This document shows positions 57,222-64,000 of a DNA stretch of 64,000 nt, one piece after another. Both the position numbers and the translations under genes were made by a program. The notes under the pieces were generated by a model that searched no databases, had not been told where the DNA came from, and worked only from the letters and a program-made list of their open reading frames with translations. Source of the DNA: Candidatus Thiodiazotropha sp. (GTDB lineage Bacteria; Pseudomonadota; Gammaproteobacteria; Chromatiales; Chromatiaceae); NCBI GenBank assembly GCA_050291245.1, contig JBNKJP010000067.1, positions 31,636-95,635 of the forward strand, in the 5' to 3' direction. The stretch's first letter is position 1; each line of letters begins with the position of its first letter.

Positions 57222-58146
57222 AGACCAGGTCGGTCAAGGTATTCACGCTCACATACGTCAGGCTGATCAGCAACACACATCCCTGCACGACCGGGTAGTC
57301 CCGTTGTTGTATGGCATCGATCAGCAGGGAGCCGATCCCCGGCCAGTCGAACACCACCTCGGTGACCACCGCACCGCCCAGTAGCGCCCCCAGCTGCAAC
57401 CCGATCAGGGTCAGCACCGGCAGCCAGGCATTGCGCAGGGCGTGATGCCAGACCACTCGCCACTCACTGAGCCCCTTGGCCCGGGCGGTGCGTACGAAAT
57501 CCTCCCCGAGCACCTCCAGGAGACTGCTGCGTACCATACGGGCCAGGATCGCGGCCAAGGAGGTTCCCAGAGTCAAGGCAGGCAGGATCAAACTCGATAT
57601 CCCATCACGGCCGCTTACCGGGGTCCAGCCCAGCCACAGGGAAAACAGTAGAATCAGCAAGGGCCCCAGCCAGAAATTGGGGATTGCCGCGCCCAGCATG
57701 GAGAAACCCATCGCGCCCCAGTCCCAACCCTGCCCCCGTTTCAGTGCCGCGAGAATCCCCAGTGGCAGCGCCAGCAGCAGGGCCGTGAGCAGCGCAGCCG
57801 ATGCCAGTTCCAGGGTCGCGGGGATTCTTTCAGCCAGCAGTTGGCTGACCGGGCGCCGTTTGTACAGTGACAGCCCCAGGTCCAACCGGAGCAGACCCGA
57901 AAAGTATCCGCCCAGTTGTTGCGGCAGGGGTTGATCCAGCCCCAGACTGACGCGCAGGGCAGTGCGATCGGCGGGTCGGGCGGATTCGCCCAGCATCACA
58001 TCCACCGGATCCCCGGGTACCAGATGGATCAGGAAAAACACCAGCAACACCACCCCCAGTGAGGCGAGCAAGGCACTGCTCAGGCGTGAGAGCAGGAAAA
58101 GGCCCATCAGCCGACAATTTCCACGGGGGTCCCAGGCTCGACCCAA
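57184..58146 (-). CDS. Peptide/nickel ABC transporter permease (DppB/OppB-like)
   Basis: LVPGDP; LGLDQPL; FVRTARAKGL; TEVVFDWPGIG; QRDYPVVQG. Confidence 0.94.
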   Translation of the reverse strand: MGRAWDPRGNCRLMGLFLLSRLSSALLASLGVVLLVFFLIHLVPGDPVDVMLGESARPADRTALRVSLGLDQPLPQQLGGYFSGLLRLDLGLSLYKRRPVSQLLAERIPATLELASAALLTALLLALPLGILAALKRGQGWDWGAMGFSMLGAAIPNFWLGPLLILLFSLWLGWTPVSGRDGISSLILPALTLGTSLAAILARMVRSSLLEVLGEDFVRTARAKGLSEWRVVWHHALRNAWLPVLTLIGLQLGALLGGAVVTEVVFDWPGIGSLLIDAIQQRDYPVVQGCVLLISLTYVSVNTLTDLVYAWVDPRIRLDG

Positions 58147-58622
58147 TCAAACAACTGCATCAGCTCTCGGTTGCGCATGCGAATACAGCCGTGGGAAGCG
58201 GCCACACCCATGGGTTCGCTGTCCGGAGTACCGTGGATGTAGATGTAGCGGCGTAAGGTATCCACCGCCCCACCCCGGTTGTATCCCGATTGGGTTCCGG
58301 TGAGCCAGAGGATGCGAGTCAGAATCCAGTCCCGCTCAGGAGCTTGTCGGGCAAGCGCGGGGCTGTAGATTTCACCGCTGGGCCGGCGCCCGACGAATAC
58401 CGCATTCTCCGGGCAGCCTGCACCGATCTTCAGGCGTATCCGGTGAGGACCCCGGGGGGTGCAGCCGCTGCCGTTGGCCTCACCGGGGCCGTGTTTGGCC
58501 GTGGATACCGCAAAGCGCAGGACCTCCACCCCATCCTGCAGACCGACAAGGGTCTGGGTTATCAGATCGATGCGCAGTCGCCGGTGTCCCGGTTCGGGTA
58601 GCTTGGAAGGGCCTTCATTCAA
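58107..58622 (-). CDS. L,D-transpeptidase (YkuD family)
   Basis: Catalytic motif YIYIHGTPD...SHGCIRM. Confidence 0.9.
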   Translation of the reverse strand: MNEGPSKLPEPGHRRLRIDLITQTLVGLQDGVEVLRFAVSTAKHGPGEANGSGCTPRGPHRIRLKIGAGCPENAVFVGRRPSGEIYSPALARQAPERDWILTRILWLTGTQSGYNRGGAVDTLRRYIYIHGTPDSEPMGVAASHGCIRMRNRELMQLFDWVEPGTPVEIVG

Positions 58623-60168
58623 CGGAGCGGCTCCCTGGAACTGGCAGTGAAAGTGATCCCGAGATGTGGGTCGCTACGGGGTCCGAGGATTCACCCAGGT
58701 GAACCTGTTCGAGTCCGTCGTAGTTGCCGTCACCGCTCAGATCATACCCGGTTATACGGCGGCTGTGGGCCAGAATCTGATCTTCATACCAGAGGGGTAT
58801 GTAGGGCAGATCCTCATGCACCGCCTCGGCAATGCGCCGATAGCGTTCGGCCTGAGCGGTCAGGTCCAGGCCGTTTCGGGTTTCATCCAGCCAGGTATCG
58901 ACCTTGGGGTTGCTGTAGCGACCTCGGTTGGCACCATTCGGTGGGGTCGCATCCGAGGCAAAGATCTCGCGATAGATGTCCGGTGTTCGCAGTCCCACCC
59001 AGGTGAGGCTGTAGAGTTGGAAGTTACCCTGTTTGATGTCGCCGAAAAAGGTACCCCAGTCATAGCTGCGCACCTGGACATCGATGCCCACATCCCGCAA
59101 CTGGCTCTGGATGATGGTGGCGAGACGCACCCGAAACGGATCACTGGAGGTCTTGTAGGTGAGCCTTAACGGATTGTCCGGGGTATAGCCCTGTGACGCC
59201 AGCAATGCCCGCGCCTTGTCCGGATCGTAGGTGTATCCGGCAAGCGCAACACCGGCCCAGTGTTCGGCCGGAAACAGGGCTTCGGCCGGACGAGCAGAAC
59301 CGCGCATCACCCCCTGGATGATCCCCACCCGATCGATGGCGTGGGCGATGGCGCGGCGTACCTGGAGATTCCCGGTGGCCGGATCTGTGTAGTTGACGCC
59401 CAGGTAGGTGTAGTTACTACCGGATCGCTGCGAAACGACAACCTCCTCCCGACCGCGCAGATAGGCCGCCAACTCCGGCGACAGGTCACTTTGCAGCAGA
59501 TCGACCTCACCGCGTAACAGCTTGAGTACCCGAACGGTGGGGTTTTTCACCGCCACCATTTCGAACATCCGGCCATCCCGGCGGCGTTGCAGCTGAATCC
59601 TGCCCGGTTCCGGCCAGGCCGTGAGCCGGAAGCCGCCGCTGCCGACCGGTTGCTTGGAAAAATCGTGCTGTTGCCGGATCAGGTCCGCGGGCAGAATGTC
59701 GAGGGTCAGGTAGGCGGGAAACAGGGGGTCTTCCCGGGATAGGGTGAACACCACGGTCTCTGTATCCAGGGCCTCAAGGGACAGGATGAGGCTGAGGGCC
59801 GCCCGTTTCGGCGATCCGCTTTTCGGGTCCAGCACCTGGCGATAGGTTTCCACCACATCCCTTGCTTCAAGCGGGTGTCCGTTGACGAAGGTTGCGCGAT
59901 TCGAAGTGAGATGAAAAAGATAGCGGGTCGGGGCAACCTGCTCCCAGGTTGCGATGCCCGGAACCGGCATACTCCGATCATCGAACTCCACCAGACGCTG
60001 GTAGAGCAGCCGGTTGATGCGTTCGGATGTGGCGTCAGTGGCGAAGCGGGGATCCAGGTTGAGCGGAACGGTGGAGAGGGCCATGCGGATCGGTGGATCC
60101 TGGGGTTCCTGACAGGCACACAGGAGGGTCAGGACCATCAAGGGCAGTAGCTGTTGCCAGCCGCTCAT
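58615..60168 (-). CDS. Peptide ABC transporter substrate-binding lipoprotein (family 5)
   Basis: Lipobox LLCA-C; NLDPRFATD; PVGSGGF; VRRAIAHAIDR; SLTWVG; PYIPLW. Confidence 0.92.
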   Translation of the reverse strand: MSGWQQLLPLMVLTLLCACQEPQDPPIRMALSTVPLNLDPRFATDATSERINRLLYQRLVEFDDRSMPVPGIATWEQVAPTRYLFHLTSNRATFVNGHPLEARDVVETYRQVLDPKSGSPKRAALSLILSLEALDTETVVFTLSREDPLFPAYLTLDILPADLIRQQHDFSKQPVGSGGFRLTAWPEPGRIQLQRRRDGRMFEMVAVKNPTVRVLKLLRGEVDLLQSDLSPELAAYLRGREEVVVSQRSGSNYTYLGVNYTDPATGNLQVRRAIAHAIDRVGIIQGVMRGSARPAEALFPAEHWAGVALAGYTYDPDKARALLASQGYTPDNPLRLTYKTSSDPFRVRLATIIQSQLRDVGIDVQVRSYDWGTFFGDIKQGNFQLYSLTWVGLRTPDIYREIFASDATPPNGANRGRYSNPKVDTWLDETRNGLDLTAQAERYRRIAEAVHEDLPYIPLWYEDQILAHSRRITGYDLSGDGNYDGLEQVHLGESSDPVATHISGSLSLPVPGSRSVE

Positions 60169-60172
60169 GGCG

Positions 60173-60640
60173 CTACCAGTCGCAAAAGGGATGCGTCACC
60201 AGGCTTGCATTGTAATAGCGGATATCTCCCGAGACTTCCTCCCCCACCCAGTCGGGTATCTCGAACCCCTCACCCTCGTGAAGCAACTCCACTTCCGCCA
60301 CGATCAGTCCCTCGTTGGCTCCCAGAAAACGGTCCAGGTCCCAGATGTGTTCCCCATGCCGGACCTTGTAACGGACCTTGTCGATCACTGCCCCGCTGAC
60401 CAGGTGATCGAGCATCTCTTCGGCCTGTTCCAACGGAATCGGATATTCATATTCCCGCCGGCTGATCCCCGGGCCAGTGCTCTTGATATTCAGATTGGCC
60501 TGTTCTCCATCCACCCGGACCCGTACGCTGGCCTGTTCGGTGGTGGCCAGATAACCCTGTTTTATGACCGCTTGACTGACTACGCTTTCTTTCCAGTTGT
60601 CATTTATAACCAAGTACTTACGCTCTATTTCTATAGCCAT
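60173..60640 (-). CDS. CYTH domain protein
   Basis: EIERKYLV; RREYEY; GLIVAEVE; RYYNASL. Confidence 0.92.
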   Translation of the reverse strand: MAIEIERKYLVINDNWKESVVSQAVIKQGYLATTEQASVRVRVDGEQANLNIKSTGPGISRREYEYPIPLEQAEEMLDHLVSGAVIDKVRYKVRHGEHIWDLDRFLGANEGLIVAEVELLHEGEGFEIPDWVGEEVSGDIRYYNASLVTHPFCDW

Positions 60641-61984
60641 TTATGATCTCTTCTCGAACAACGCGATGGACTCCACATGGGCCGTGTGGGGGAACATGTC
60701 CATAACCCCGGCGCTCACCAGCCGGTAGCCATGCTCTTCGACCAGTACCCCGGCATCCCGGGCCAGGGTACCCGGATAACAGGAGACATAGACAATCCGC
60801 CGGGCGCCCAGGCGAGGCAGGTGATGCAGAATCTCAAAGGCACCACTGCGTGGCGGATCGAGGAGAACCTTGTTGTAGCGGCCCTGCAGCCAGGGTTCCT
60901 GCTCGAGTTCCCCATAGAGGTTGGCGGTGAAGAAATCGGTATTTTCGATGCCGTTGCGTCGGGCATTCTCCCGGGCCCGGGCCACCAATCCGGCATCCCC
61001 TTCGACACCGACCACCTGCCCCGCCCGGCGGGCCAAAGGCAGGGTGAAATTGCCCAACCCACAGAACAGATCCAGTACCCGGTCATCATCGGTCAGTTCC
61101 AGCATCTCTACGGCCCGCTGGATCATCTGCCGATTGGTATCGGAATTGACCTGGGTGAAATCACTGGGTTCGAAGGCCAGAGTCACATCAAAGGCCGGCA
61201 GATCGTAGCTAAGTTCGACACCCTGACCATCAAGGGGTACCACCGTCTCGGGGCCACCCTCCTGCAGGTACACGACCACCTGATGTTCCGGGCCGAACGC
61301 GGCAAGCTGTTCCAGATCCTCGGCGCTGGGTGCCGAAAGTAGACGGAAGATCAGGACGCAGACCTGGTCACCCATGGCCATTTCGATCTGCGGGACCTGA
61401 TCGCGGATCGAGAGTCCACCAATCAGTACCCTGAGGGCCGGCAGCAGTTCCCCCACCCGGGGATGCAGGATCGGGCACTCCTCGATCTCCGCGACGAACG
61501 AGGAGCTTCGTTCACGGAAGCCCACCAGTACCCCACCCTTTTTCGCCACATGCTTGACGCCCAGCCGGGCCTTGCGCCGATAACCCCAGGCGCTGTCACC
61601 CCGTAACGGATCAAGCACCGATGCCGGTTCGACCCGACCGATGTGTTTCAGGCTGTCGAGCAGGGATTGCTGTTTGGAGCGGATCTGAACCCGCTCATCC
61701 AGATGCTGAAGACTGCACCCGCCGCAGATGCCAAAGGCGCTGCACTGAGGCGCTACCCGGTCAGGGGAGGCCTGCAGGACCTCCACGACCCGGCCCTCGT
61801 CATATTTGCGCCAACGACCCGTATATTGAAAACGTACCCGCTCTCCCGGCAGCGAACCGTGTACGAAGGTGGCCTTGCCGTCCACATGGGCCACGCCTTT
61901 TGCATCGTGGGTCAGGGACTCGATCTCGACCTCGACCGGCTCCGCCGGCAGCGGCTTGCGTTTGCGTCTGCGCGACATACTCAA
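60641..61984 (-). CDS. rlmD: 23S rRNA (uracil-1939-C5)-methyltransferase RlmD
   Basis: TRAM domain; CGGCSLQH; LDLFCGLGNF; DPPRSG; YVSCYPGTLARD; DMFPHTAHVE. Confidence 0.96.
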   Translation of the reverse strand: MSMSRRRKRKPLPAEPVEVEIESLTHDAKGVAHVDGKATFVHGSLPGERVRFQYTGRWRKYDEGRVVEVLQASPDRVAPQCSAFGICGGCSLQHLDERVQIRSKQQSLLDSLKHIGRVEPASVLDPLRGDSAWGYRRKARLGVKHVAKKGGVLVGFRERSSSFVAEIEECPILHPRVGELLPALRVLIGGLSIRDQVPQIEMAMGDQVCVLIFRLLSAPSAEDLEQLAAFGPEHQVVVYLQEGGPETVVPLDGQGVELSYDLPAFDVTLAFEPSDFTQVNSDTNRQMIQRAVEMLELTDDDRVLDLFCGLGNFTLPLARRAGQVVGVEGDAGLVARARENARRNGIENTDFFTANLYGELEQEPWLQGRYNKVLLDPPRSGAFEILHHLPRLGARRIVYVSCYPGTLARDAGVLVEEHGYRLVSAGVMDMFPHTAHVESIALFEKRS

Positions 61985-62874
61985 TCAGCCGGAAAGACAT
62001 CGGTGGAGAGGTAACGGTCACCCCGGTCGCAGATGATGGCCACGATTACCGCATTCTCGACCTCGGCGGAGAGCTTCAGGGCCACGGCCACGGCACCGCC
62101 GGAGGAGATCCCGGCAAAGATCCCTTCCCGGGCCGCCAACAGGCGGGTGGTTTCCTCGGCCTCCTGTTGGGAGACATCGATGATCCGGTCAACCCGGCTG
62201 GCCTCGTAGATTTTCGGCAGATAGGCCTCGGGCCAGCGGCGTATGCCGGGGATGCTGGAGCCCTCCATGGGCTGCACGCCGACAATCGTGATATCGGGAT
62301 TGCGCGATTTGAGATAACGGGAGGTACCCATGATGGTGCCGGTGGTTCCCATGGCGCTGACGAAATGGGTGATCCGCCCATCGGTGTCCCGCCAGATCTC
62401 CGGACCAGTGCCTTCCACATGCGCTTGGGGATTGTCCTGGTTGGAGAACTGATCCAGGATCACGCCTTCACCGGCGGCCTCCAGTTCACGAGCTTTGTCG
62501 ATGGCGGCTTCCATACTGCCTTCCCTGGGGGTGAGGATCAGTTCCGCGCCATAGGCCTTCATCACCGCACGCCGTTCCACGCTCATATTTTCCGGCATGA
62601 TCAGGATCATCCGGTAACCCTTGATGGCTGCGGCCATGGCCAGGGCGATACCGGTATTGCCGCTGGTGGCCTCGATCAGGGTATCGCCGGGCTTGATGGT
62701 GCCCCGGGATTCGGCCAGGCGGATCATGCTCAGGGCAGGACGATCCTTGACCGAACCCGCCGGGTTGTTGCCTTCCAGCTTCACCAGCACGGTGTTGCTC
62801 GATTCGGGGACCAGGCGTTGTAACCGGACCAGGGGGGTATTGCCGATATAGTCTTCGATGGTTCTGTATTGCAT
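61981..62874 (-). CDS. cysM: Cysteine synthase B
   Basis: KLEGNNPAGSVKDRPA; EATSGNTG; MGTTGT; CDRGDRYLST. Confidence 0.96.
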   Translation of the reverse strand: MQYRTIEDYIGNTPLVRLQRLVPESSNTVLVKLEGNNPAGSVKDRPALSMIRLAESRGTIKPGDTLIEATSGNTGIALAMAAAIKGYRMILIMPENMSVERRAVMKAYGAELILTPREGSMEAAIDKARELEAAGEGVILDQFSNQDNPQAHVEGTGPEIWRDTDGRITHFVSAMGTTGTIMGTSRYLKSRNPDITIVGVQPMEGSSIPGIRRWPEAYLPKIYEASRVDRIIDVSQQEAEETTRLLAAREGIFAGISSGGAVAVALKLSAEVENAVIVAIICDRGDRYLSTDVFPAD

Positions 62875-63006
62875 GGCGGAGATTCTAACCCGATTGGGTG
62901 GCCGGTTTCATCCACTCGACAGATGCCGCCATACATCAGCCCGGGAGTTCGGAAAACCCCGGGGATGGCTTATGATGAATCGCATCATATTGACCGGTTT
63001 CAATCC

Positions 63007-63810
63007 ATGAGCGAATCCAACCCATTACCCGGAATAGACCAGGCCTGGTTAACACAGGCTCAGGAAAAGGCGAGTCCCTGCCGGATATCGGGCATCACTT
63101 CCCATAAGGTCTACGATTATCAGGGTCTGCGCTGGCTGCGTCACGAGGACGGCAGCATCCAGTCGATCATGTGGCGGGAACAACCGGATTACCCCGTATT
63201 TGAGTATGTCAGAGGCATGCTTTGCGGGTTGCTGTTTCATCCCGCCCCCCAGCGACTGCTCAACCTGGGATTGGGGGGTGGGACCCTGGAACGCTACCTA
63301 ATTCGGAATCTGCCCGGTGTCTCCCTTACGAGTGTGGAGCCAGATCCGGATATCCTGCGACTGGCGCGGGACTGTTTTGGCCTGCCGAATGGACACCCTG
63401 TGGTGATGCAATCCGCCCAGGACTACCTGATCAAGACACAAGCCACCTATGACGTCATCTTTTGTGATATTCATGCAAGCCCCGGGGATGAAAGCCCCTT
63501 GAATCAGGATGCCTTCATCGCCGAACTGGCCCGTGCACTGTCCCCCCATGGGGTGGTTGCCATCAACCTCTTGCCGGAAGACGAAAAGGACATCGTGCGA
63601 CGGCTGTTGTGGATACGCCGCCACCTGCCCTACATCGCGCTCTTCGACGTTCCACGGCAGCAGAATCTGGTTGTCTACGGGGGAACCGCCACACTCCCGG
63701 ACCGGGATACTCTGGAGGCCCGCATAGGCGCGTCAACCCGGTATGAAGCGCTTGCCGGGCAGCGACTACTGGCGGACTTCGTGTGGCTTCCCGAGGTCCG
63801 GTCCTCCTGA
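63007..63810 (+). CDS. Spermidine-synthase-like SAM-dependent methyltransferase domain protein
   Basis: LNLGLGGGT; VEPDPDI; YDVIFCD; LSPHGVVAIN. The start is uncertain (62965 or 63007). Confidence 0.75.
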   Translation: MSESNPLPGIDQAWLTQAQEKASPCRISGITSHKVYDYQGLRWLRHEDGSIQSIMWREQPDYPVFEYVRGMLCGLLFHPAPQRLLNLGLGGGTLERYLIRNLPGVSLTSVEPDPDILRLARDCFGLPNGHPVVMQSAQDYLIKTQATYDVIFCDIHASPGDESPLNQDAFIAELARALSPHGVVAINLLPEDEKDIVRRLLWIRRHLPYIALFDVPRQQNLVVYGGTATLPDRDTLEARIGASTRYEALAGQRLLADFVWLPEVRSS

Positions 63811-63832
63811 AATCTTACCGCACATATCGAGT

Positions 63833-63980
63833 GTTTCCCACGCTCCGCGTGAGAATGCAAACCGGGGTATGGACCACTTAGCAAGGCAGATCGTCACAAC
63901 AGGCTTAGTAGGCATTCCCACGCAGAGCGTGGGAATGAGTTGAAATGTTCATCGTCATCCCGGCGTAGGCCGGGATCCAG
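63833..63980. repeat. REP/BOX-like doublet plus GTCATCCCGGC..GCCGGGATCC palindrome
   Basis: Palindromes at 63833-63858, 63911-63938 and 63953-63980 match the copies at 10448-10560 and 50201-50263. Confidence 0.8.
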
Positions 63981-64000
63981 AAGACTAGACGGTGCGATCC

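Noticed and set aside
60173-62874. CYTH gene rather than relA downstream of cysM-rlmD
   Set aside because: An ordinary lineage-level synteny difference with no sign of a special system.

Overview
GC-rich gammaproteobacterial chromosome segment. The gene content (sulfur-handling genes, cysM-rlmD, nagZ-hpt-mtnP synteny) suggests a sulfur-oxidising Chromatiales/Sedimenticolaceae-like organism; this is inference only. In order, the window holds: (1) a surface module of an autotransporter plus a large Ig-repeat/beta-helix lipoprotein interrupted by one in-frame TAA; (2) a tightly coupled minus-strand sulfur operon with a split YeeE/YedE transporter, a secreted peptide with 7 RG(E/G)NPCAP repeats, a His-motif unknown protein (DUF6969-like) and a periplasmic rhodanese, which is the best candidate for an undescribed system; (3) a type VI secretion locus of about 27 kb with vgrG/DUF6484/TIGR02270 but no DUF2169, PAAR or effector, a TssB-TssC chimera, and tssABC-hcp-tagJ-tssEFGH-tagH-tssJKLM-tagF-pppA; (4) an adjacent set of LysM/TPR lipoproteins, a LysM-like polysaccharide deacetylase, an AlgI/AlgJ-like O-acetylation pair and an atypical Ser/Thr kinase with a periplasmic domain and HAMP; (5) housekeeping genes (tpx, corA, mtnP, peroxiredoxin, hemerythrin, hpt, nagZ, fliL, a peptide ABC transporter with an embedded L,D-transpeptidase, CYTH, rlmD, cysM). 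Three families of REP-like palindromes occur in intergenic regions. No rRNA, tRNA, CRISPR array or transposase was seen. All family calls come from motif recognition by eye; no database searches were run.
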